From contig CAWGLT010000010.1 in the NCBI GenBank assembly GCA_963823445.1, positions 2,760 to 66,759 of the forward strand: DNA of 64,000 nt, read 5' to 3'. Both the position numbers and the translations under genes were made by a program. Positions 19,087-29,497 of the stretch are shown here, piece after piece (within the stretch, counting starts at the first letter, position 1; each line of letters begins with the position of its first letter). The notes under the pieces are model-generated. The model did no database searches, was not told where the DNA came from, and saw nothing but the letters and a program-made list of their open reading frames with translations. The DNA is from an uncultured Acidobacteriota bacterium (lineage in GTDB: Bacteria; Acidobacteriota; Thermoanaerobaculia; Thermoanaerobaculales; Sulfomarinibacteraceae).

Positions 19087-22000
19087 TCAGTAGAAGTCAT
19101 GACTCTCCAATTTCGTATCGGCCTCGACCTTTTCGAAGCGTTGAGCCTTGACCGATAATGTCCCGTCGGTTTTCTGTAGTGGGCCCTCGACGAGGATGAC
19201 TGGGGTGCTTACCAAGAAAGGCCGATGTTCTCTAAATAAGTCGGGTCGGATAATCGTCTGCACCATCCCGGTCTCGTCCTCCATGGTCAAAAACGTAAAC
19301 CCCTTCGCGGTCCCCGGCCGCTGCCTCACGATCACCGCCCCGGCAACCCTCACAATATCGTCGTCCTTCATGCCCTCGAGCGCCGACACCGGCACCGCTC
19401 CCCGCCGCTCGAGCTCGGGCCTCAGGTAGGCCATGAGGTGCGGACCGGTGGTGAGGTGGAGGCCGGAGTAGTCGGCGACGGTGGACTCGAGCTTGGTCAT
19501 CTCGGGCAGGGGGGACTTCTTCTCGGGGGCAGCTTGGCGAAGAGCGAGCCGTCGCGGCCGACGACCTCTGAGACCTGCCAGAGAGCCTCGCGGCGGGAGA
19601 GACCGAGTGAGCCCAGGGCGCCGACGTGGGCGAGGCGTTCGAGCTGGTCGGAGGAGAGGCCGCAGCGGCCGGTGAGATCGGCGGTGTCGGCGAAGGGGCG
19701 GATGGCCTGCTCGCGCTCGATGGTCTCGCCCATGGCCTTCTTGATGCCGTGGACAAAGCGCAGCCCGATGCGGACGCCGCCCGATTCCCAGCGGCAGCGC
19801 CAGCCCGAGCGGTTGACGTCGACCGAACGGAAGGCGACGCCGTGGCGCTGGCCGTCCTTGACCAGGGTGGCGGGGTGATAGAAGCCCATGGGCCAGGCGT
19901 TGAGCAGGCTGGCGTAGAAGGCGGTGGGGTGGTGGCGCTTGAGGTAGGCCGAGGCATAGACAATGAGGGCGAAGGAGGCCGAGTGCGACTCGGGGAAGCC
20001 GTAGAGGGCGAAGGAGGTGATGGCCTTGACGATCTCTTCCTGGGCCGCGGGTTTGATGCCCTTGAGGGCCATGCCGGCGCGGAGCTTGGCCTCGATGGAC
20101 ACCATCCGCTCGCGCGAGCGTTTGAAGCCCATGGCGCGGCGCAGCTCTTCGGCTTCGCCGCCGGAAAAGCCCGCCGCCACCATGGCGATGCGCAGCAGCT
20201 GCTCCTGGAAGAGCGGCACGCCGAGGGTGCGCGCGAGCACGGGCTCGAGGCTCGGGTGGGGGTAGGTGACGGCCTCGCGGCCCTGGCGGCGTTCGAGATA
20301 GGGGTTGGTCATGTTGCCGGCGATGGGGCCGGGGCGGATGATGGCGACCTGGACGACGAGGTCGTAGAAGTTTCTCGGCTTGTTGCGCGGCAGCGACGCC
20401 ATCTGCGCGCGGCTCTCGATCTGGAAGACCCCGGCGGTGTCGGCGGCGCGGATCATCTCGTAGGTTTTGGGGTCGTCGGGCGGCAGGTGGGCGAGGTCGA
20501 TCTCGACGCCTTCGTTGGTGCGGATCATGGGGATGGCCTGCTCGAGGGCGTCGAGCATCCCGAGACCGAGGAGGTCGACCTTGACGATCCCGAGATCGGC
20601 GCAGTCGTCCTTGTCCCACTGGATGACGGTGCGGTTCTCCATGGCGGCGGGCTCGAGGGGGACCACCTCGTCGAGCCGGCCCTGGGCGACCACCATCCCG
20701 CCCGAGTGCTGGCCCAGGTGGCGGGGGAGGTTCTGAATCTCCCACCACAGCCGTTTGAAGTGCTCGACCCGGGTCGAGGTGGGGTCGAGGCCGACGGCGG
20801 CGAGCTCGGTGTCGAACGAGCGGGCGCCGTCTTTGAACTCCGATGCGGCGTGGTAGCCGAGGCGCTTGGAGAGCCGGCCGACCTGGTCGAGGTCGAAGCC
20901 GAGGGCCTTGCCGACTTCGCGCGCCGATGAGCGGGCGCGGTAGGTGGAGACCACCGCGGTCATGGCGGCGCCGTGCGGGCCGTAGCGTTGATAGACGTGC
21001 TGGATGACCTTCTCGCGCTGGTCGCCCGAGGGCAGGTCGAGATCGATGTCGGGCCACTCGCCGCGCTCCTCGGAGAGGAAACGCTCGAAGAGCAGCTCCA
21101 TCTTCACCGGGTCGACGGCGGTGATGGACAGGGCGTAGCAGACGGCGGAGTTGGCGGCCGAGCCGCGGCCCTGGGCCATGATGCCCTCGCGCTGGCAGAA
21201 CCGGACGATGTCCCAGACGATGAGGAAGTAGCCCGCGAGATCGAGCTTTTCGATGAGGTTGAGCTCCTTCTCGATCTGGGCCTGGGCGCGGGCGGTCAGG
21301 GGCCGGTAGCGGGCGCGGGCGCCGTTCCAGGTGATCTGGCGGAGGTGGGAGATGGGGGTCTCGGTGACGGGCAGCGGGTAGTCGGGGAAGCGGTAGCCGA
21401 GATCGGACAGGGTGAACTCGAGCCGGTCGGCGAGCTCGGCCGCGGCGCGGACCGCGCGGGGGTGGTCGGCGAAGAGCGCTTCGACCTCGCGGGGCGAGCG
21501 CAGGTGGCGCTCGCGCTGGGCCTCGACGATGGCGCCGGCGCCATCGAGGGTGACGCCCTCGCGGATGCAGGCGAGGACATCGGCAAGCTCTTTGGTTTCG
21601 CGGCGGGCGTAGCGGATCCCGCCGGTGGCGACGACGGGCAGGCGGAGCCTGCGGGCGAGTGAGAGCATGGCGGTGTTGCGGTGCTCCTCGTCGCGGAGGT
21701 GGTGGCGCTGGATCTCGACGTGGAGCCGGCCGGGGAAGAGGGCGGCGAGGCGCTCGAGCTCGCGGCGGCCGGCGTCGAGCCCGCGGTGGAGGAGGCGCTG
21801 GTTGATGAGGCCCTCGGCGCCGCCGGTGAGGCAGTGCAGGCCCTCGGCGTAGACCGCGACATCAGTCATGGTGGCGCGGGCCTTGCCCTTGGGCCGGCCG
21901 CGGGCGGCCTCGGTGAGGAGGCGGCAGAGGTTGGTGTAGCCGCGGCGGTCCGCCGCTAATAAGGTCAAGCGGGGCAGAGGCGTGCCGGGTGGCGGTGGCG

Positions 22001-22350
22001 GCGGTACCAGGCCGAGAGGACCTCGGGGCGGCGAATTTTGAATTCTTAATTTTGAATTCTTAATTACATCGCATTCGGCGCTGGGGTGGGCTTGCGATGG
22101 TAATTGAGAATTAAGAATTGAGAATTGAGAATTTGCGCCGTCGTCGAGGACCACCTCGGCCCCGACCAGCGGCTTGATTCCCGCCTCACGCGCCGCTTTC
22201 CAGAAGCGGGGGGCGCCGGAGAGGGTGTTGCGGTCGATGAGGGCGACGGCGGGGAGGTTGAGCTCAACCGCGCGGTCGACGAGGTCTTCGGGTTGCGAGG
22301 CGCCTTCGAGGAAGGAGAAGGCCGAGGCGCAGTGGAGCTCGGCGTACTTC
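19087..22350 (-). CDS. dnaE2: Error-prone DNA polymerase DnaE2 (ImuC); frameshift near 19527, in-frame repeat insertion in the PHP domain
   Basis: YAELHCASAFSFLEGAS, GRGSAANS, PDIDLD, PRHLGQHSGG, YGFPESH; C-terminal OB (RQRPGTAKG) and SHDFY tail in the other frame; ORF track gives start 22352. Confidence 0.9.
22033..22133. repeat. AT-rich heptamer palindromic element inside dnaE2
   Basis: (AATTYTN)n-CATCGCA-spacer-TGCGATG-(NARAATT)n, encodes NSQFSILNSQLPSQ...IKNSKLRIQNS. Confidence 0.9.
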
Positions 22351-22364
22351 ATCGGTCAGGGTTC

Positions 22365-23076
22365 ATCGCGCATCGCAGGGTTGAACCGCGAGGACGCAAA
22401 GGGCGCAAAGCATCGCACCATCGCAGATATAAAACGCAGAGGCGCAGAGACGCAGAGACATCGCAAACACAGAGGCATCGCAACGTCGCAGGTTTGAAAC
22501 GCAAAGACGCAAAGGCGCGAAGACATTGCAAAGGGCATCGCAATTTTGATTCATCGCAGCATCGCACTCGATCCGGACGGCGGAGTTGTCGGTTTCGATT
22601 CTGGAAGGCAGGCAGGATGCCTGCCCCACAACGGGCCGAGGGTCTTGGGATGTCGATAGAACCCGGATCCAAGACGCCTGCATCAAAGCGTGCGGTGCAG
22701 GCGGGACGCCCGCACTACAAAGGCGCTCGATCCATTGTAGGGGCGAGCTTCCAGCTTGCCTTTCAGAGACCTCGATGCTGGCCTCATTCTTTCGGTCTGC
22801 ACGGGGGTGGCGATGCCGTCCAATCCACTGAGGCCGGGCGGGCGCGCCGTAGGTGCGACCCGAAGTCCGAAAGGTCGATTCGACAAACGCGGGCGTTTGG
22901 AGATCGGCCTTTCGGGCTTCGATGCCACGGCTGCAAGCCGGGGCTGCCCGGCCGGTTAGTCTCGAATCACCGTTGCGATGCCTCTGCGCCTCTGCGTCTC
23001 TGCGTCTCTGCGTTAAAACTGCGATGGTGCGATGTCTTTGCGCACTTTGCGTCTTCGCGGTGAAAAAATGCGATGC
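22365..23076. repeat. CATCGCA/TGCGATG mosaic palindromic cassette A with about 100-bp imperfect terminal inverted arms and REP-like core
   Basis: Left arm ACGCAAAG/ACGCAGAG units separated by CATCGCA, mirrored on the right; GTAG-tagged hairpin pair inside. Confidence 0.85.
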
Positions 23077-23084
23077 CCGCCGCA

Positions 23085-24695
23085 TCAGTCGTACATCCCA
23101 TCGGCGAACCAGTCGCCGGTCTGGCGATCGCGGTAGATGCGGTAGAGGCGGCCGCCGGAGAGCTCGACATCCCAATAGTCGCGCTCGACGGGGCGTTCGC
23201 TCCACCAGCCGTCCTCGAGGGACCACGGCCCGGCGGCAACGCGGATGAGACCCTGAATCCTGGGAGTCGCTCCGGGCTCGGAGGAGACGGAGACCAGGCG
23301 GCAATTCTTAATTTTTAATTTTGAATTCTTAATTGGGTTCTCCGGGGTGGCAGAGGGAGCTTGCGATGGTAATTGAGAATTAAGAATTAAAAATTGAGAA
23401 TTCTCTTCGTCATTGACCTCCTCAGTAATGACCTCGAGCGGCACCGACGGCCGCAGGACGCGGATGGCGAGAAGTCCTCGTCCGTTCTTGGGTTCGCGGC
23501 GAAGTTTGGGCGCCGGCGGGGGATCGAAGGTGGTGGTGTCGTAGCGTTCGGGGAGGTGGCCGTCGGAGACCCGCGGCGCGCCGACGTTCTCCGGGCCGAT
23601 CCGGCCGGCGATCCGGGCCATGGCGGCGGCGAGCTTGTCGGGGTGGATCTCGGGGGCGCCGAAGAGGGTGAGCTGGCCGCGCCGCGGCCGGTTGGGGTGG
23701 ACGAAGCAGGCGAAGGCCGCCACCGCGGCGTCGGGCGGGTGGGCCTCGAGCTCGAGCCGGATGAGGGCGACGAGGGCGTCGACGTCGCGGGTCGGGGCGG
23801 GCAAGCGGATGGCGCGGCGGGCGCTGCCCTCGGGCTCGAGCGCGAGCTCGATCTCGAGCAGGGCGCAGGCGAGATCGTGCGCCTCGAGCCGGCGCCGGAT
23901 CCGATCGAGGAGCTGGCGGACGGCGGCGAGGAGCGGGTCGACGGTGACCACCGGCCACTCGAACTCCATGCCCTCGGTCAGGGTCGGCGCCGGCTGGTGC
24001 GGCACCAGGGGTTGGGGATCGATGCCGCGGGCGGATTGGTGGGCCGCGGCGCCCGCCGGGCCGAGCCGGCTCGCGACCCGGTCGGCGGGCAGCCGGGCGA
24101 GACCGCCGAGGGTGGTGACGCCCCAGCGGCCGAGGGTCTCGGCGAGGCGGCGCTCGAGCCGGAGGTGGCGCAGGGGCAGGGCGGCGAGGAAGGCGGTTTC
24201 ACCACCCGGGGGCACCACCGTCGGCGAACCGGGCTGGCGGGCGGCGATGCGGGACGCGAGCTTGTTGGCGGCGATGCCGACGCGGATCGGCAGAGCCATG
24301 GAAGTCGCGGTGACCTCGGCGGCCTGGCCGAGATCGCGCTCGCCGTCGTAGAGCCGGTGCATCCCGTCGACATCGGCGAAGACGAGATCGAGCTCGGCGT
24401 CCTCGACCCGGGGCGAGAGGCTCCAGGCGGTCTCGAGAAGGGCTTCGTGGGCCGAGTTTTCGCAGCCCGGATCGCGACCGCGGGCGAGCAGGGCGGGGAG
24501 GATGCCGCGCGCCTGGGCCATGCTCATCCCCGGCTTGACCCCGGCCTTGCGCGCCGGGCGCGAGGCGGCGACGACGCGGGCGGCGGCGCCGTTGCCCTCG
24601 CAGATGACGACGATCTCGCCGGTGAGCTCGGGCTCCGCGCGGAGCCTCGCCGCGAGGGGGAAGAGGGGGACGTAGAGGCAGGCGATGCGGGTCAT
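23085..24695 (-). CDS. imuB: ImuB, catalytically inactive Y-family polymerase, with in-frame repeat insertion
   Basis: RIACLYVPLFPL, SPRVED, AANKLASRIAA, GPWSLEDGWW..ERDYW; lies between imuA and dnaE2. Confidence 0.9.
   Translation of the reverse strand: MTRIACLYVPLFPLAARLRAEPELTGEIVVICEGNGAAARVVAASRPARKAGVKPGMSMAQARGILPALLARGRDPGCENSAHEALLETAWSLSPRVEDAELDLVFADVDGMHRLYDGERDLGQAAEVTATSMALPIRVGIAANKLASRIAARQPGSPTVVPPGGETAFLAALPLRHLRLERRLAETLGRWGVTTLGGLARLPADRVASRLGPAGAAAHQSARGIDPQPLVPHQPAPTLTEGMEFEWPVVTVDPLLAAVRQLLDRIRRRLEAHDLACALLEIELALEPEGSARRAIRLPAPTRDVDALVALIRLELEAHPPDAAVAAFACFVHPNRPRRGQLTLFGAPEIHPDKLAAAMARIAGRIGPENVGAPRVSDGHLPERYDTTTFDPPPAPKLRREPKNGRGLLAIRVLRPSVPLEVITEEVNDEENSQFLILNSQLPSQAPSATPENPIKNSKLKIKNCRLVSVSSEPGATPRIQGLIRVAAGPWSLEDGWWSERPVERDYWDVELSGGRLYRIYRDRQTGDWFADGMYD
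23301..23402. repeat. AT-rich heptamer palindromic element inside imuB
   Basis: Encodes NSQFLILNSQLPSQ...IKNSKLKIKNC; same length, orientation and frame as the dnaE2 copy. Confidence 0.9.
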
Positions 24696-24704
24696 GAGCG
24701 GGGA

Positions 24705-25870
24705 AAAAACGCAAAGGCGCAGAGGCGCAAAGGCGCAGAGGTATCGCACCATCGCACGGAGAAACCGCAGATAGCGCAGATAGACGCAGATGACGTCGCA
24801 CATCGCAATTCAACGCAGAGACGCAGAGACGCAGAGACGCAGAGGCATCGCACCATCGCAAAGGGGACACGGATTTCACGGATCAGCACGGATTTGGTCC
24901 TCGGGAGGCGGAGTCGGCGACGGTCTCCGACCGCCGCCACCGTGGAATCGCCCGGCCGCTCCAAAAACGAGTTTTTGTCCCGTCCGGTCGATCCCACGGC
25001 CCGCTGTGCCAGGGGCACAGCGGCTCCGCCTTGGCGATGTCGGGACAGTAGTTTTGAAGATTCGAATGCCTTTGTAGCGCCGGCGTCTCGCCGGCGATGG
25101 GACATCGGTAGAATCCGGATCCAATACGCCCGCATTACAAAGGACCGATCGCCATTGTGTTGGGGGGTAGACTTGTGCCCCGCTGTCACCCTGAGCGAGG
25201 GAGCCTGACGACCGAGTCGATAGCTCGGAGAGCGACGTAGGCAGCGTCCCCCGAGGGTGCGATGATCGCGATTCCTGGGGCGTCGCTCCGAACTTCGGGG
25301 ATTCTTCGACTCGCTACGCTCGCTCAGAATGACAAACTTACCCGGAATGAAAAAATGGCAAGCTGGAAGCTTGCCGCTACAAAGGCGCTCGGCCCGTTGT
25401 AGCGGCAAGCTTCCAGCTTGCCATTCAGAGACCTCACCGTTGGCAATGTCGTTTCTCGTTCTGTCGACCCGCGCGGGCCCTGGATAGCTCAGGGTGACAG
25501 TGGGGGATGTCGGCGACCTCGAATCCATCGAGGCCGGGCGGGCGCGCCGTAGGCGCGACCCGAGGTCAAGGAAGACCGATCGACAAGCGTGTGCGTTTGA
25601 CGATCGGTCTTGCTTTGCCTCGATGCCACGGTTTCGAACCGTGGCTGTCCGGCCGGTTAGTCTCGAATCAACGCTGCGATGACTTTGCGTCTTTGCGCCT
25701 TTGCGCCTCTGCGTTGAATTGTGATGTGCGATGTCCTGGCGTTCCTTGCGCCCTTGCGGTTCTCTTCTGCGATGACTCTGCGCCCCTGCGTCTCTGCGTC
25801 TCTGCGTTAAATCTCTGATGGTGCGATGTCTTAGCGCCCCTTGCGTCTTTGCGGTTCTCTCCTGCGATGT
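24705..25870. repeat. CATCGCA/TGCGATG mosaic palindromic cassette B
   Basis: ACGCAGAG x4, CACGGATTT units, GTAG REP-like pairs, GTCACCCTGAGCGA...CGCTCAGAATGAC hairpin, shared structured modules. Confidence 0.85.
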
Positions 25871-25880
25871 TCCGACGGGC

Positions 25881-25991
25881 TCACACACAGAACGCGAAAA
25901 CCAAAAAACAGAACCCCAGAGCCGACAGCCCGATGGCCTCGCCGACGATGATGGGAAGATCCTTGATGGCGATTTCAGATGATTTGAACAT
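25881..25991 (-). CDS. Putative 36-aa membrane peptide
   Basis: AAGGAGG RBS, ATG overlapping the imuA end, hydrophobic C-terminal half. Confidence 0.5.
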   Translation of the reverse strand: MFKSSEIAIKDLPIIVGEAIGLSALGFCFLVFAFCV

Positions 25992-26793
25992 GACGTTGCC
26001 TCCTTGAAGATGGTGTTGTCGAAGTGGCGAGCGGCGCCCGAAACGCCGCCTCGGCAGTGGTGAAGACCGTGGCGGCACGGGGTGTCTGTCGGGTTCGCGA
26101 TCCGGTGTGCTTGTCGAGCTCGAGCTGCGCGGTGATGCCGTCGAGAAGACGCAGACCGCCGACGGCGCCCGACCACCGGCCCCGTCCGCTGCCGCTCGTC
26201 AGCACGGCGGTTGCCGCACACCCGCTCAGGCGGTAGGGCGATCCGACGAGGACCACGGCCTGGTGGTTGGCGGCCGAGCGGGAGAGCCGCAGCCAGGCGG
26301 CGAGGGGAGGGCGGCCGAGAACGGGCGGGAGACCGAGATCGAGGGCGACGAGCTTGAAACCGGTGGCGACGAGCATCTCGGCGGCCGCCAACGAGTCATC
26401 GAGGCGCCGGGGGCGCAGCCACAGCAGGCGATCGAGATCGATCCCGGCGGCCGCCGCGGCCTGCGGGTCGAGCTGCGAGCCCTGATCGACGAGGACCGCG
26501 GCCTCCCCGGCGCTGGTCATCTGCTGCAGGGCGGCGATGAGGGTCGAGAAGCGGCCGCAGGAGCCGCGTCCGACGAGCTCGACCAGGGCGCCGCGGGGGA
26601 GCCCGCCGCCGAGGATCTCATCAAAGGTCGCGACCGAGGTGGCGATGGACGCCTCGCGGAGCGTCGCCGCCCGCCGCCTGCCCAGCTCCGACGCGCGGCA
26701 GACGATCCGCCGAACCTCGTCCGGCAGCGTCGCGTGGACCGTGCCGGCATCGGTTGCGGTGGGGGTGTCGGGCCTGGTGTCGGGAGCCTTCAT
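25975..26793 (-). CDS. imuA: ImuA / RecA-like SOS mutagenesis protein
   Basis: DEILGGGLPRGALVELVG, degenerate Walker A, AGIDLDRLLWLRP; GGAGA RBS. Confidence 0.82.
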   Translation of the reverse strand: MKAPDTRPDTPTATDAGTVHATLPDEVRRIVCRASELGRRRAATLREASIATSVATFDEILGGGLPRGALVELVGRGSCGRFSTLIAALQQMTSAGEAAVLVDQGSQLDPQAAAAAGIDLDRLLWLRPRRLDDSLAAAEMLVATGFKLVALDLGLPPVLGRPPLAAWLRLSRSAANHQAVVLVGSPYRLSGCAATAVLTSGSGRGRWSGAVGGLRLLDGITAQLELDKHTGSRTRQTPRAATVFTTAEAAFRAPLATSTTPSSRRQRHVQII

Positions 26794-26829
26794 TGATGTC
26801 TCCGTCGGGAACTTTTCGGGTCCACTTTC

Positions 26830-26858
26830 AGTATAGGTGTAAATAAAGCATAAATCAA
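26830..26858 (-). promoter_or_regulatory. sigma70-type promoter of imuA-imuB-dnaE2
   Basis: TTGATT-N17-TATACT in an AT-rich patch. Confidence 0.65.
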
Positions 26859-27023
26859 CAGGAGGACTCTGAACCGCCGTTCGGTCATGCCGGGGAGAGC
26901 GAGTTAATTCTCTGATTTTGAGACACATGCTAATCCACTTTCGGTTGAACAGCCGACGACGGAGATGTAGAATGACGGATCGAATCGGCGGGCCGGACCG
27001 CCGTCTTTTTTGGGGGGAGTCCA

Positions 27024-27881
27024 GTGGCAAAGATCGTATCCATCGAAGAGATCGCGCCGGCCTTCAAGCGCTACGTTGTCGAGGCGCCCGAGATCGCGCG
27101 CAAGCACCAGGCGGGGCAGTTCGTCATCGTCCTCATGGACGAGCACGCCGAGCGCATTCCGCTCACCATCGCGGACAACGACCCGGAGGCCGGGACCATC
27201 ACCCTCGTGGTGCAGGAGGTCGGCAAGTCGACCATGCAGATGGGCACCATGAAGGCCGGCGACCCCATCCAAGTGGTCGGCCCCCTGGGGAAGCCGACGC
27301 ACATCGAGAACTTCGGCACCTGCGTCTGCATCGGCGGCGGCGCCGGCATCGCGCCCATGCTGCCCATCGCCCGCGCCCTGAAGGAAGCCGGCAACAAGGT
27401 CGTTTCCATCCTCGGCGGCCGCAACGAGGGTCTCGTCATCCTCCGCCCCGAGATGATCGAGGCGTCGCACGAGATGATCTACACCACCGATGACGGCAGC
27501 TTCGGACGCAAGGGCGTCGTCACCGACGCGCTCAAGACCTACATCGAAGAAAACGGCAAGCCGGATCTCGTCATCGCCATCGGCCCGGCGATCATGATGA
27601 AGTTCGTCGCGCTGATGACCAAGGACTACGAGATCCCCACCGTGGTGTCGCTCAACACCATCATGATCGACGGCACCGGGATGTGCGGCGGCTGCCGGGT
27701 GGCGGTCGGCGGCGACAGCAAGTTCGTCTGCGTCGACGGCCCCGAGTTCGACGCCCACGAGGTCGACTTCGATCTCATGATGAAGCGCCAGCGGATCTAC
27801 CTCGAGGAGGAGGAGATCGCGCGCAAGAGGTACCTGGAGCAGCACGCCTGCAGGGCCGCGAACGGGGTGGAGGTGAGCTGA
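27024..27881 (+). CDS. nfnA: NfnA/SudB-like FAD/NAD-binding [2Fe-2S] subunit
   Basis: GQFVI, ERIPLTI, GPLGKP, DGTGMCGGCRV, CVDGPEFD. Confidence 0.88.
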   Translation: MAKIVSIEEIAPAFKRYVVEAPEIARKHQAGQFVIVLMDEHAERIPLTIADNDPEAGTITLVVQEVGKSTMQMGTMKAGDPIQVVGPLGKPTHIENFGTCVCIGGGAGIAPMLPIARALKEAGNKVVSILGGRNEGLVILRPEMIEASHEMIYTTDDGSFGRKGVVTDALKTYIEENGKPDLVIAIGPAIMMKFVALMTKDYEIPTVVSLNTIMIDGTGMCGGCRVAVGGDSKFVCVDGPEFDAHEVDFDLMMKRQRIYLEEEEIARKRYLEQHACRAANGVEVS

Positions 27882-29324
27882 TGGCCCGAGAGAAAATCGA
27901 GAAGAAAGAGCGCATGAAGATTCCCCGGCAGCCGATGCCGGCGCAGAAGCCCATGGATCGGATCAGGAACTTCAACGAGGTCGCTCTGGGATTCTCGGAG
28001 GAGCTCGCCCTGCTCGAGGCCGATCGCTGTCTCGAGTGCAAGAAACCCAAGTGCATCGACGGCTGCCCGGTGGGCATCGACATCCCGGGTTTTGTCGCCA
28101 AGATCCAGGAAGCCGACTTCGAAGGCGCTCTCGCGATCATCAAGAAGGACAACACCCTGCCCGCCATCTGCGGCCGCGTCTGCCCGCAGGAGGACCAGTG
28201 CGAGGTCGTCTGCGTCACCGGCAAGAAGGGCGAACCCGTCGCCATCGGCCGTCTCGAGCGCTTCGTCGCCGACTGGGAGATGGCCCAGGGAGGCGAAGTC
28301 AGGATGCCCGAGCTGCCGCCTCCCTCCGGTTTCAAGGTCGCCGTGGTGGGCTCCGGACCGGCCGGTCTCGCCTGCGCCGCCGATCTCGCGCTCCGCGGCC
28401 ACAAGGTCACGATCTTCGAGGCGCTGCACAAGCCCGGCGGCGTGCTGGTCTACGGCATCCCCGAGTTCCGTCTGCCGAAAAAGATCGTCCAGGAGGAGAT
28501 CGACAACCTCGAGAAGCTCGGCGTCGAGATCCGCTGCAACTTCGTCATCGGCAAGACCGCGAGCGTCGAGGAGCTCTTCTTGGATTATGGTTTCGACGCC
28601 GTCTTCCTCGGTACCGGCGCCGGCCTGCCGTACTTCATGGGGATTCCCGGCGAGAACTATATCGGCGTGCTCTCGGCCAACGAGTTCCTGACCCGCGTCA
28701 ACCTCATGAAGGCCTTCGCGTTCCCCGATTACGACACGCCGGTTCGCCTCGGCGACAACGTGGCGGTGGTCGGCTCCGGCAACGTCGCCATGGACTGTCT
28801 GCGCACCGCCAAACGGCTCGGCGCCAAGAACGTCATCTGTCTCTACCGGCGCACCCGTGACGAATCGCCCGCGCGGCTCGAGGAGCTCGAGCACGCCGAG
28901 GAGGAGGATATCGACTTTCGTTGGCTGACGTCTCCGGTGGAGATCTACGGCAACGAGGACGGTCTCGTCACCGGCGCCAGGGTGCATAAAGATGGAGCTC
29001 GGCGAGCCCGACGCCTCCGGCCGCCGCCGCCCGGTACCCATCGAGGGCGACCAGTACGACATCGAGCTCGACCAGCTCATCATGGGCATCGGCCAGGGGC
29101 CGAACCCGCTCGTGACCAAGAGCACCGAGGGCCTCGAGCTCAACCGGTGGGGCAACATCGTGGTCAACGAGGAGACCATGATGACCTCCATCGACGGCGT
29201 CTTCGCCGGCGGCGACATCGTCACCGGGGCGGCGACGGTGATCCTCGCCATGGGCGCCGGCAAGAAGGCGTCCGAGGGCATCGATGCGTACTTGAGGGGC
29301 AAGGCCACGGCCAAGACCGCCTGA
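27881..29324 (+). CDS. nfnB: NfnB/SudA-like (GltD-family) flavoprotein; frameshift near 28980
   Basis: RCLECKKPKCIDGCP, CGRVCPQEDQCE, GSGPAGL, GNVAMD; C-terminus MELGEPDASGRR...GGDIVTGAATVILAMGAG in the next frame. Confidence 0.88.
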
Positions 29325-29497
29325 GCGACGGACCGAATCCGATTCACGGGCCGGACAGGGGATCCCTGCCCGGCTCGTGCTATACTTCCCGATGGAGCTG
29401 TACGTTCCGTGTTTGAAGTAAGTTATAGTCTTTTCAGTAGTTTCGGTTCGAGGCCGGTGAGGAAGGTCGCAGCTTCCCCGCCCGTGGACGTCGTCGA

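Noticed and set aside
22033..22133. Intein or intron in dnaE2
   Set aside because: Only 34 aa, no intein terminal motifs, and the same DNA occurs intergenically.
22365..25870. CRISPR-like arrays or protein-coding ORFs in the imu spacers
   Set aside because: Repeats are 7-9-mers with irregular spacing; ORFs are low-complexity translations of the repeats.
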